This document shows, piece after piece, positions 29,257-38,317 of a stretch of 64,000 nucleotides of DNA. This DNA is from a virus, in the IMG/VR virus record IMGVR_UViG_3300000318_000002, positions 1-64,000 of that record, one strand, 5' to 3'. How positions within the stretch are numbered: the stretch's first letter is position 1; each line of letters opens with the position of its first letter. The translations under genes were made by a program, and so were the position numbers. Below the pieces are notes generated by a model. It was not told the DNA's origin. It worked only from the letters and a program-made list of their open reading frames with translations, and did not search any database.

Positions 29257-29772
29257 ATCTTTCAATCTTTCAAAGATCTTTCAAGGGGGTAAATTTGAAA
29301 GATTCGACCAAAAGAATCAACAAAACAGCCTAAAATTTAGTAAACAGTAAGTAAAAAAACGCCTATACACCGCAGTACACTATAGAAGAAAAAAAAGCAA
29401 AATTTACTGGTTTCTAATTTATCACGCCGAATCTTTCAATCTTTCAACCTAGGGAATAAAAATATAAGAAAATAATAAAAAATGATATAAAATAGATAAA
29501 TAGTAAAAGAAAACAAAAAATTGATAAATAGTAAAAAGTTTTGGGGAAGGGCTTGAAAGATTGAAAGATTTATTGTTAAATATTAGTAACAAGTAAATTA
29601 TATATTATATATATACATATTATAGATATATGTATATATATCTATACCTTTTTTTCAAATTAAAATAGTCATTTTATTATTTTTGTCTATTTTCGCATTT
29701 ACTAGTTTCTAAAATCTTGTATTAAATCTTTCAAGAGTATGCCTTGAAAGATTTATGAAAGATTTGAAAGAT
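29257..29772. other. putative replication origin (iterons plus AT-rich core)
   Basis: 12 copies of ATCTTTCA/TGAAAGAT in a mirror arrangement around very AT-rich DNA in a ~1 kb non-coding gap between divergent operons. Confidence 0.7.
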
Positions 29773-29909
29773 TTATTCCCTATTTTCACCTTTATTCACT
29801 TTTTATCTTAATTTATATTTTTTCTCTTGACACATATGTTCCTACTTATCAAATAAATTATGCGTGAGTTGTTTTATCCTCTCCTTACGCTCTTGATACC
29901 CTCTACTTG

Positions 29910-29945
29910 GCAGTGCTGAGTTTTATGTTTTTTACTCAGCACTGC
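29910..29945. other. 12-bp stem-loop in leader region
   Basis: GCAGTGCTGAGT-N12-ACTCAGCACTGC. Confidence 0.6.
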
Positions 29946-29982
29946 TTCCTTAAAAAAACAATATTTATAAGAAGGTCTTTTT

Positions 29983-30504
29983 ATGATCGATGCCTTAAAA
30001 GAATTTATTGAAAGTCCAATAGAACATTCTATCGAAAAAGAAAATTTTTACATCATGATCGGTAAACGTGGATTTGTTGTTTCCGTTGAAAAAAAAGAAA
30101 TAAATAATTCTCAAACCGTAAATTCAGAATGTTCTGATCTTATTATAAATTATTTTTTCAAGTTTGCTGAAAAAAATCAATTAAGAGAATCTAAAAAACC
30201 TTCAGATATAAAATATATTTGCTGCGATAATGTCATTGTATCAATTCAATTTTCATTCCAACGCATAAATTGGATAGTTCTTCCAAAAGTAAAATTATCT
30301 CTTGGAACAAAGGCTCTTGAGTTTATTTCGTCCGGCGGTACTGATGGAAAATCATTATCCGATATTACTGTTTATCTTCATAATAATAAACCAGAAATTA
30401 GAGCAGATATCTTAAAAAACCTTATAAATACAGGACAAATTGAACAAAAAACAGTTTTAGGGAAATCTAATCATCCTTGTACTTATTATTATGCAATCAA
30501 ATAA
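29983..30504 (+). CDS. hypothetical protein with C-terminal winged-helix-like segment
   Basis: C-terminus resembles the C-terminus of the primase. Confidence 0.55.
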   Translation: MIDALKEFIESPIEHSIEKENFYIMIGKRGFVVSVEKKEINNSQTVNSECSDLIINYFFKFAEKNQLRESKKPSDIKYICCDNVIVSIQFSFQRINWIVLPKVKLSLGTKALEFISSGGTDGKSLSDITVYLHNNKPEIRADILKNLINTGQIEQKTVLGKSNHPCTYYYAIK

Positions 30505-30928
30505 TATTCTCAATATCCTAATTCCAGGTTCACTATATGACAGTGGTTCACCTGAAGGCAAACAGCGTGCTCGCCAAGGCAAAGGACATTTCTATAATCC
30601 TCAAAAAGATATGATGGATAAAATGCGTATTTATGTAAAAGCGCAGCTTCCGGAAAATTTTATGATGATTAAAAAAAATGTTCCTGTAATTGTTAATAAT
30701 AATTTTTTTATGGCAATACCAAAAATTCGTCAAAAGGGTGACTGGAAAGAATTTTATAAAAACGAAGATATCCCTCATCTTGAAAAATCCGATAGGGATA
30801 ATTTGGACAAAACCTTGCTGGATATTTGTAGTAAAATTATTTTTGCAGATGACAAGCAAATTTACGATGGCAGGATACAAAAATATTATTCCTTAAACCC
30901 TCGTGCTGAAATAGAAATTATTTATTAA
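30491..30928 (+). CDS. rusA: RusA-family Holliday junction resolvase
   Basis: GKQRAR...FYNP, KSDRDNLDK..LD, DDKQI, K.YS..PRAEI.I. Confidence 0.85.
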   Translation: MQSNNILNILIPGSLYDSGSPEGKQRARQGKGHFYNPQKDMMDKMRIYVKAQLPENFMMIKKNVPVIVNNNFFMAIPKIRQKGDWKEFYKNEDIPHLEKSDRDNLDKTLLDICSKIIFADDKQIYDGRIQKYYSLNPRAEIEIIY

Positions 30929-30940
30929 AAGGAGAAGGAT

Positions 30941-31630
30941 ATGAATGATTTAATCAAAATTGAAGAAAAAGACGGTAAACAAACAGTTAATGCCAGAGAA
31001 TTACATGAATTTTTGGGAAATCAAAGACAATTTGCTAATTGGATTCAGGAAAGAATTGAAAAATATGATTTTATAGACGGTCAAGACTTTTTAACAATCC
31101 AGTTAAAAAGTAATGGAGGACGACCTTCTATTGATTATTATATTTCTCTTGATATGGCAAAAGAACTTTCAATGGTAGAAAACAACGAAAAAGGAAAAGA
31201 AGCACGAAAATATTTTATTGAAATAGAAAAAAGATATAAAAATATTATCCCCTTATATTTTGATAAAATATCTTCCCTCGAATTAAAAATTGATAAAATG
31301 GCTACTTTTATCGAAAAATACAATACTGAAGTTTTTCTTCCAAAACAAGAAGAAACTAAGCTGAAAAAAAATTGTAAACAAGTCATGAAAATGCTTCAAC
31401 GAGTTCGTAATTATGGAACACTTTATATGAATGAAGATGTTTTCTTTGGCTATCTCCCAGACTTTATGACAAGAGAAGAATTTAAAGAAGCTTCTAAACA
31501 ACTTGAAGACGAAGGCGAAATCGAAATTACTGTAATATCAAATTCTGATATATCACCTCAATATCGTGTAGGTACTTGGTCGCTATTTAAACTCAGCATA
31601 AATCCATATGCCGGAAATGATTACAAATAA
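30941..31630 (+). CDS. AntA/AntB antirepressor
   Basis: VNARELHEFL...FANWIQERIEKYDF...LDMAKELSMVE...ARKYFI. Confidence 0.92.
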   Translation: MNDLIKIEEKDGKQTVNARELHEFLGNQRQFANWIQERIEKYDFIDGQDFLTIQLKSNGGRPSIDYYISLDMAKELSMVENNEKGKEARKYFIEIEKRYKNIIPLYFDKISSLELKIDKMATFIEKYNTEVFLPKQEETKLKKNCKQVMKMLQRVRNYGTLYMNEDVFFGYLPDFMTREEFKEASKQLEDEGEIEITVISNSDISPQYRVGTWSLFKLSINPYAGNDYK

Positions 31631-31643
31631 GGAGCTACTATAA

Positions 31644-31901
31644 ATGTCAAACCGTACAACCAAAGGCAAAAAAGATGTTTTAATCCAAGAACTTTCCGTC
31701 CGTCACAAACTCAAAGACGGAATAATTATGAGACTCATGAATATTCTTGTTGCAAATAAAATAAAAATAGATCCTGAATTGTCAAATGTTATCGGAGCTT
31801 TATATTATGATAAAAATATTGCGAAAAAGATTTATAAGGAAATATCCATAAATGATACAGAAGCAAAAAGGGAAGCAGACAAAAACTCTTCCGCAGGATA
31901 A
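31644..31901 (+). CDS. hypothetical protein
   Basis: AGGAG RBS. Confidence 0.5.
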   Translation: MSNRTTKGKKDVLIQELSVRHKLKDGIIMRLMNILVANKIKIDPELSNVIGALYYDKNIAKKIYKEISINDTEAKREADKNSSAG

Positions 31902-32481
31902 TCCGGATTATAAACCCGGTGATGCATTCAAACAATTGTCTGAAAAACAAAAGGCTTTTGTTGCTGAATACTTTGCACAATTTCAAAATGGGGCTAAAAC
32001 ATATCTTAAATTGTATCCAAAATCAACAACAGACTCAGCGAAGGCAGGGGCAAGTGAACTCTTAGCTTTGCCTTACGTTCGGCAGGCGGTTTTGGATGAA
32101 TGCAGGAAGCGTATAAAAGCTTTTACGGGTGAAGAATCAATTAATGAGACCTTTGCTCAAATTAAAGCAATATCCTCGTCTGATATATCAGACGTTATAA
32201 ATATGGAAGACGGGACGTTTGTAGTTAAGTCGTTGAAAGATATCCCCGTTGAGGCACGAAAGGCTATTAAAAATATAAAGAGGAAATATAAAGAGACAAA
32301 AGATGGAATTGAAGAGTATATAGAGGTTACCCTTCACGACAAAATGAAAGCTATAGAGTTCCAAGCTAATATACAAAAGTTGTTGAATAATAAAGTGACT
32401 ATAGAGCCGATAGAGATAATAATAAAACCGGCGATAAGACCGGAAAAAAAAGAAGGAGAAGAAAAAGATGAAAAAAATTAG
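31852..32481 (+). CDS. terS: terminase small subunit
   Basis: LSEKQKAFVAEY..NG...Y..AKAGASELL..P.V; EVTLHDKMKAIE. Confidence 0.85.
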   Translation: MIQKQKGKQTKTLPQDNPDYKPGDAFKQLSEKQKAFVAEYFAQFQNGAKTYLKLYPKSTTDSAKAGASELLALPYVRQAVLDECRKRIKAFTGEESINETFAQIKAISSSDISDVINMEDGTFVVKSLKDIPVEARKAIKNIKRKYKETKDGIEEYIEVTLHDKMKAIEFQANIQKLLNNKVTIEPIEIIIKPAIRPEKKEGEEKDEKN

Positions 32482-32639
32482 ATTTTGGGGGACACTACCT
32501 TTTACTATTGCTTTATTATTTTTTTGGGGGATTATTACTCTGCCATTTTTGCTATTGGGTAAAATAGGATGGTGGGGAATTGGAGAAAATATTTGTTTTT
32601 TCAGTTTTGATCTTGTTGATAAAATAAGAGGAGAATAAA

Positions 32640-32807
32640 ATGTTTAACATTACAAACGAAGAGTTGAAAGAAGCCGCTATCCCGATGATTAAGCTTATCA
32701 ATGAAAAATGTCATCCGAATGTAACTGTGATAATAACTCCTACAAGTGTTGAATTGTTTGAAAGTCAAATATGTGATCCGACTATAACCGAGTTTATAAA
32801 AGATTGA
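32640..32807 (+). CDS. small phage protein (55 aa)
   Basis: Manual translation ...EAAIPMIKLINEKCHPNVTVIITPTSVELFES; GAGGAG RBS. Confidence 0.6.
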   Translation: MFNITNEELKEAAIPMIKLINEKCHPNVTVIITPTSVELFESQICDPTITEFIKD

Positions 32808-32957
32808 TTTTTTTACAAAAAAATTGTTGACAATAGATTATCTGTAATAATTATTGTCAACATGATCTTAAACGGATGTTTGTTCGATATCAAATAACCC
32901 AATTTAAAATTGCGCTCCGCCGTTTAAGATCAAATAAAACATTTAAGGATAACTAAA

Positions 32958-33332
32958 ATGTCAGATTATTACAGTCAACTTCGTAATGAATATAGTGGTC
33001 CATTATCGTCTCGGTCAAAAATGTTCCGAGAGGATAACTATCGTGAATCTGAATATGAAAAATCTGTAAAAAAAGAACCTGAAAATAAAAAATCTGTAAA
33101 AAAAAATAAATGGATACCTAAAAATGGCGAGACCTGCGTTTTTTTTGATGATTTTAATTTAAAAAATAGAATTGTTTCTCAATTAAATAATCATTGTGAT
33201 CCTAAAATAACAAATAGATATCAAGCAGTAAATGGGGTGGGATATGAACATATAGCAAAATTAACACCAGAAAATTCTAAATATTTAACTCTTGGATTTG
33301 AAGAATTTTTAAAACATTCAGAGGTTAAATAA
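32958..33332 (+). CDS. hypothetical protein
   Basis: AAGGA RBS; WIPKNGE.C.F.DD motif. Confidence 0.55.
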   Translation: MSDYYSQLRNEYSGPLSSRSKMFREDNYRESEYEKSVKKEPENKKSVKKNKWIPKNGETCVFFDDFNLKNRIVSQLNNHCDPKITNRYQAVNGVGYEHIAKLTPENSKYLTLGFEEFLKHSEVK

Positions 33333-33333
33333 A

Positions 33334-34137
33334 ATGAAAATATTATATTTTGGTAATTGGATTAATGTCGAATTGAATGATCCTAAAATATCAGAGATTG
33401 GGATTACCATAGAACAGGACGCATATATAGGACAGGACGCACGTATAGAACAGGGCGCATATATAGAACAGGGCGCATATATAGGACAGGGCGCATATAT
33501 AGGACAGGACGCATATATAGAACAGGGCGCACGTATCGGACAGGACGCACATATAGAACAGGGCGCACGTATCGGACAGGACGCACATATAGAACAGGGC
33601 GCATATATCGGACAGGGCGCACGTATAGAACGGGACGCACGTATAGGACAGGACGCATATATAGGACAGGGCGCACGTATCGGACAGGGCGCATATATCG
33701 GACAAGACGCATATATAGGACAGGGCGCACGTATCGGACAGGGCGCACGTATAGAACAGGGCGCACGTATCGAACGGGACGCATATATAGGACAGGGCGC
33801 ACGTATAGAACGGGACGCATATATAGAACGGGGCGCATGTATAGAACGGGACGCATATATCGGACAGGACGCATATATAGGACAGGGCGCACGTATCGAA
33901 CGGGACGCATATATAGAACGGGGCGCATGTATCGAAACAATTATTATCTCATCACATAACAAATATACAATAATTTTGTGTAATGGTAAAATTGCTATTG
34001 GATGTAAATTGTTTACATATGATGAATGGATAGAAAACGGGGAATCCATCGCAAAAGAAAATGGATGTGATAGCGATATTGAATATTATCGTGATAAAAT
34101 AAATAAACTTAAAAATTTTATGGATGAATCTAAATGA
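33334..34137 (+). CDS. hexapeptide-repeat (left-handed beta-helix) protein
   Basis: 29 repeats I(E/G)(Q/R)(D/G)A(Y/R/H/C); C-terminal IAIGC....EW motif. Confidence 0.85.
   Translation: MKILYFGNWINVELNDPKISEIGITIEQDAYIGQDARIEQGAYIEQGAYIGQGAYIGQDAYIEQGARIGQDAHIEQGARIGQDAHIEQGAYIGQGARIERDARIGQDAYIGQGARIGQGAYIGQDAYIGQGARIGQGARIEQGARIERDAYIGQGARIERDAYIERGACIERDAYIGQDAYIGQGARIERDAYIERGACIETIIISSHNKYTIILCNGKIAIGCKLFTYDEWIENGESIAKENGCDSDIEYYRDKINKLKNFMDESK
33409..33930 (+). repeat. 18-bp tandem repeat, 29 units
   Basis: AT(A/C) G(A/G)A C(A/G)G G(A/G)C GCA (T/C)(A/G)T. Confidence 0.95.
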
Positions 34138-34376
34138 AAATTTATAAAATTAAACGATTCCCTAAAGAATATGAAACTGAATTTTTTGGAATAACCAAAG
34201 TTCAATGGAGAATTTTACAAGAGAGAGAACATTTTGGTGAAATCGGATCAATAAATAAGGCATTATATTTATCTCCATCCGGATTTTGGATTCCTTTCGG
34301 ATACTATTCTGAAACAACAAATGAAACAATTATAAATAAAATTATAAATTTATTTATAGAAAGAGTCATAAAATGA
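34134..34376 (+). CDS. hypothetical protein
   Basis: Coupled ORF in operon. Confidence 0.5.
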   Translation: MKIYKIKRFPKEYETEFFGITKVQWRILQEREHFGEIGSINKALYLSPSGFWIPFGYYSETTNETIINKIINLFIERVIK

Positions 34377-34978
34377 AAATAGAGCTTTTATCAATAACTT
34401 CAAATGCTCAAAAACTAATCGAAGAAGCTGGTCGCACTTGCTATAAATCAAAATCTGGAGATAACACTGATTCTAATTTTATTCGCGGTGCTATTCAACG
34501 CGGTCATGAGTCCATAATAGAACATGCTTCAGCTACGTTTCGGATATCTGAAGTATCTCGTGCGCTTTCTCATCAACTTGTTCGGCATAGATTGGCAAGT
34601 TTCAGCCAAATGTCGCAAAGATATACTAACGGCGAAAATTTTACATATGAAGTCCCTAATGCTATAAAAAATGTTCCTCATTTGTATGAAGAATTTATTC
34701 GTTTTATGAATGAAACTAAAAATATGTATTCGTATTTTACTCATCAAGGGATTAAACCGGAAGACGCACGGTCGATACTACCAAATGCTTGCCATACTGA
34801 AATTGTTATGACTGCCAATTTTAGGGAATGGAGGACAATATTCAAACTCCGTTGTGATTCTCACGCTCAATTAGATATTCGTATAATGGCAAAATCAATT
34901 CTTGAAATATTATATTCAAATGCTCCGGATGTTTTTTTTGATTTATATGAAAAATTTATAGGAGTGGAGGAGAAATAA
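34373..34978 (+). CDS. thyX: FAD-dependent thymidylate synthase
   Basis: GHESIIEH, HQLVRHRLASFSQMSQRY (RHRx7SxR), EDAR.ILP, LRCDSHAQ. Confidence 0.95.
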   Translation: MKIELLSITSNAQKLIEEAGRTCYKSKSGDNTDSNFIRGAIQRGHESIIEHASATFRISEVSRALSHQLVRHRLASFSQMSQRYTNGENFTYEVPNAIKNVPHLYEEFIRFMNETKNMYSYFTHQGIKPEDARSILPNACHTEIVMTANFREWRTIFKLRCDSHAQLDIRIMAKSILEILYSNAPDVFFDLYEKFIGVEEK

Positions 34979-34979
34979 A

Positions 34980-35183
34980 ATGAAAACCTATTTCCCCGAT
35001 GACCCTATAAAGCAGGAAATGCTAAATTTAATTCTAAAACATTTAAAAATTAAATTAGATAATGGTATTGGGTTATGTCAATATCCGGATTGTTCTGAAT
35101 GCCCGAATTATCCTACGTGCAATACGTATGAAATATGCGATTTAATTAAACGTGCAACAGGCGGGAACCCCAGTGAAATTTAA
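34980..35183 (+). CDS. small Cys-rich protein
   Basis: CQYPDCSECP...C; GGAGG RBS. Confidence 0.5.
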   Translation: MKTYFPDDPIKQEMLNLILKHLKIKLDNGIGLCQYPDCSECPNYPTCNTYEICDLIKRATGGNPSEI

Positions 35184-35370
35184 AATAAAAGGATTAATTC
35201 CCGATTATATTATTCTTGCCTATAAAGAAAAAAATGAAATTACAGTTGAATTGGCAATAGAAACTTTTAAGAATGGTAAAATAGTATTCCACGTAGAGGG
35301 TTGTTATAAAGATTATAAATTTGATTATATTACTGAAGCTGTTGAATGTTATAATAATTGGGAAAATTGA

Positions 35371-35583
35371 ATGTCTTGTAAGCGTTGTGCAAAGCCTGTT
35401 CGAGGTTTAACCGGTCGTGCCGGATATTGCGATACTTGTAAGCCTATTATGACAAGAATAAGCCAATTGATTATTCTTGCGGATAAAGGGTTATTACAAA
35501 AGCGAGAAAGATCAAATCAAGGAATATTAAAAAAATGTTCTCATAATTGTTTTAATTGTGAGTTATCTGACTGTATTCAATAA
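35371..35583 (+). CDS. small Cys-rich protein
   Basis: CKRC...CDTC...CSHNCFNC...DC. Confidence 0.5.
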   Translation: MSCKRCAKPVRGLTGRAGYCDTCKPIMTRISQLIILADKGLLQKRERSNQGILKKCSHNCFNCELSDCIQ

Positions 35584-36050
35584 ATCAAAAAACCGCCACT
35601 AATTGAAGCTGAAATTGATTTAGATCCATATGTCCCCTGAACCCCAATAGTAAATCTATCATTAAAAAATTTGCTGAACGTAAGTCCATAAACTTGCGTT
35701 ATTTTTTTATTAATCAGCGTGAATCCATAAGCCCCTTGTATTAAATATCTAGGCATTGTAGATGAAGCCTTTATCCGGTCCTGAACATGTGTGCTTTTCC
35801 ATCCATCACTGGCGGTTATATCATAAATATCTTCTCCTATTAAATATCTATTGATATCAATTGGAGAATTAAAAGCTTTTAGATAGTCGTCGGTTGTTTC
35901 CGGATATTTAATTATTGTATGAGTTACCGGAATAATGTCTTTTTGTATCTCAATTTTTGTTTTTATTGCCGGCTTTAACCATATAGTAAGTCCTGATCCT
36001 GTAATAAGCCCCAAAAATACTGAGATTAAAATAATTTTTAAAGTTTTCAT
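35577..36050 (-). CDS. membrane-anchored protein with C-terminal amphipathic beta strands
   Basis: N-terminal TM/signal segment; C-terminal strands ending in an aromatic residue (GGFLIY). Confidence 0.55.
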   Translation of the reverse strand: MKTLKIILISVFLGLITGSGLTIWLKPAIKTKIEIQKDIIPVTHTIIKYPETTDDYLKAFNSPIDINRYLIGEDIYDITASDGWKSTHVQDRIKASSTMPRYLIQGAYGFTLINKKITQVYGLTFSKFFNDRFTIGVQGTYGSKSISASISGGFLIY

Positions 36051-36114
36051 AAACAAAAAAATAATTGACATCCGCTTTGTGTCAACCACTTATTTCTTTT
36101 CGAAAGGGAAATAA

Positions 36115-37545
36115 ATGGCTCAAACGGTTATTGATTTTACTGACTTTTATAAACTGATAAATCCTGCCTTTTGGGACTTCTTTGATAATAAATATCGTAT
36201 AAGAATTTCTCTTGGCGGCGGCGGATCGGGAAAATCGTATGAGTGTTTTCAAGAAATTGTTTACAAAATGGTTAATGAACCAGGGCATAATTTTTTAATA
36301 TGTCGTAAGGTCGCAAACACTTCAAAAACTTCTACTTATGCACTCATGAAGCAAGTTATTACAGATCTAGGATTATGGACCGTCTTCAAAGAAAATAAAT
36401 CTGATCTTAGCTTTACTTGTATCCATAATAATAACATGGCGGTGTTCAAAGGACTTGATGATATTGAAAAACTTAAATCTATAACATTCCCGTCAGGAAT
36501 TTTAACCGATATCGTTGTTGAAGAAGCAACGGAAATAACCCAAAAAGATTTTGATCAATTAAATATTCGTTTACGTGGTACAAAAAAACCGACAAACGTT
36601 CCTTTCCAGATTACAATGCTACTCAACCCTATCCATGATAAACACTGGATAAAGCGTGAATTTTTTGATTTAAAATCTTATCAGACAGACCAATTTGATA
36701 AAGACGGTAAATTGATCCGGAAAGGGATAAGTGTTTATTTATTACATACGACATATCAAGACAATTTATTTATAGATGAGGAGTACAAGCAAACTCTTGA
36801 AAACTATAAAGTTATTGATGAACAGATGTACCGGGTTTATTGTTTGGGAGAATGGGGTTGCTTTGGGAATGTTATTTTTAATAACTGGACCGCGTTGCCC
36901 TGTCCTTATGGCGTTGACGATTTTGATATGGTATTCTACGGTCAAGATTACGGGTATAATCATCCAAGCGTAATTTCTTGTACTGGATTAAAAGATGGTA
37001 ATTTGTATTCTTTTGATGAGCTATGCGTATTTGAGAAAACAAATAAAGAATTTATCGCGGCAAACGAAGAGTATCAGGTATATCCAAAGAACAAACAGGC
37101 AAGAGGCGATTCCGCAGAACCGGCACGTATAAAAGAATGGCAGCAATATGGATATGCGGTTATAGGAGCCGCAAAAGGGCAAGGCTCCGTACGTCGTGGT
37201 ATAGATTTTATAAAGTCTTTCAAGTGGTTCATTGATCCCAACAAATGCCCTCGCTTATTGCAAGAGGTCCAGACATTCCACTGGAAAACTAACAAGGCTG
37301 GTGAAGTTGTGACGCCTGAAGAACCGATAGAACTCGATGATGATGCCATAAAAGCTACTTTTTATGGGCTTGAGCCGATCAGCAAAATGCGCGGGAAACC
37401 TGGTGTTTTATCCGGAACAAAAGATGATAATAAGAAAGAAGCCATTCAGATACGTCGTGAAATGCGACATAAGGAGCGAGAAGTGAAAACCGCTCTTGTT
37501 CGTAGGCGTAGAGAAGAAAGAGAAAAAAACAGAGAAAAAAGTTAA
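36115..37545 (+). CDS. terL: terminase large subunit (PBSX-like)
   Basis: GGGGSGKS, KGLDDIEKLKS, VEEATE, NP....WIK..FFD, GQDYGYNHP, DSAEP. Confidence 0.95.
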   Translation: MAQTVIDFTDFYKLINPAFWDFFDNKYRIRISLGGGGSGKSYECFQEIVYKMVNEPGHNFLICRKVANTSKTSTYALMKQVITDLGLWTVFKENKSDLSFTCIHNNNMAVFKGLDDIEKLKSITFPSGILTDIVVEEATEITQKDFDQLNIRLRGTKKPTNVPFQITMLLNPIHDKHWIKREFFDLKSYQTDQFDKDGKLIRKGISVYLLHTTYQDNLFIDEEYKQTLENYKVIDEQMYRVYCLGEWGCFGNVIFNNWTALPCPYGVDDFDMVFYGQDYGYNHPSVISCTGLKDGNLYSFDELCVFEKTNKEFIAANEEYQVYPKNKQARGDSAEPARIKEWQQYGYAVIGAAKGQGSVRRGIDFIKSFKWFIDPNKCPRLLQEVQTFHWKTNKAGEVVTPEEPIELDDDAIKATFYGLEPISKMRGKPGVLSGTKDDNKKEAIQIRREMRHKEREVKTALVRRRREEREKNREKS

Positions 37546-37592
37546 TTTTTGTCAAAAAAATTGTTGACAAAACCTATTAAATGGGTTATACT
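37546..37592 (+). promoter_or_regulatory. sigma70-type promoter TTGACA-N17-TATACT overlapped by TGTCAA-N8-TTGACA palindrome
   Basis: -35 at 37564-37569, -10 at 37587-37592. Confidence 0.8.
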
Positions 37593-37804
37593 GTTATTAT
37601 TGAATGAGATGAAAATCAAAAGAGAGGTTCCGTTATGAAAAAAGTATTTTTTAACCATGCCTATTGGATGATTGATGAAAATTTAACGGTATTGGTCGAA
37701 TGTATGGCTAAAGGTAGGACCGTTACCCTGAACCATCTGACTCTCGAAGATCGGAAAACTGTTTTGAAGCAAATTTTTTAATTATTAAATAAAAGGGGGA
37801 TACT

Positions 37805-38017
37805 ATGAAAATATCAGATAAAGTTATTGCGACTGAATCGGGAACATTTGGCGGTATAACAGGTGAAGTTATTTCTGTATATCCGGCTGGAACCCATGGA
37901 ACCGAACCTGTTCTTCAGGTGTTGTTTAGAATCCAAAAGCATTTTTATAAAGCTCAATTCCCAAAAACTAAATTACGTTACGAGCATGAAGCTATCGATA
38001 ATTTTATAATGTTTTAG
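37805..38017 (+). CDS. hypothetical protein
   Basis: AGGGGG RBS. Confidence 0.55.
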   Translation: MKISDKVIATESGTFGGITGEVISVYPAGTHGTEPVLQVLFRIQKHFYKAQFPKTKLRYEHEAIDNFIMF

Positions 38018-38110
38018 GTTAAAAAAAGTCAATTATTGTCAAAAAAGTTGTTGACAGAATAGAATAAATGAATCATGGTATTTTTAGATCAAAACAAAAG
38101 AGAGGAAATT

Positions 38111-38317
38111 ATGAAAGCGATTAGAACTTTTAGCATTTTAAAAAATGATTCGGATTCCGAAAGAATAAAAATTGACCTTGTAAAAAATGAAGATGGCATG
38201 TATCAGTGGGTGTATGAAGACGATGACCTTCCGTTATTTGCCTCTATCTCTAAAGCTACTGAGTGGGCAAAGATATCGTATAAGGGCACGGCATGGGCGA
38301 TGAAAAGTAACTGGTAA
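38111..38317 (+). CDS. hypothetical protein
   Basis: GAGG RBS supports start 38111 (MKAIRTF). Confidence 0.5.
   Translation: MKAIRTFSILKNDSDSERIKIDLVKNEDGMYQWVYEDDDLPLFASISKATEWAKISYKGTAWAMKSNW

Noticed and set aside
33409-33930. Diversity-generating retroelement suggested by A/G variation
   Set aside because: No reverse transcriptase or TR/VR pair in the window; variation is two-state within tandem repeats, not A-to-N
33318-34049. Long minus-strand ORFs (243, 178 and 104 aa)
   Set aside because: Shadow frames of the stop-poor 18-bp repeat; the plus-strand ORF has an RBS and operon context
36115-37545. Intein or intron in terminase, helicases or primase
   Set aside because: Lengths are ordinary and no splice-junction or homing-endonuclease motifs were seen
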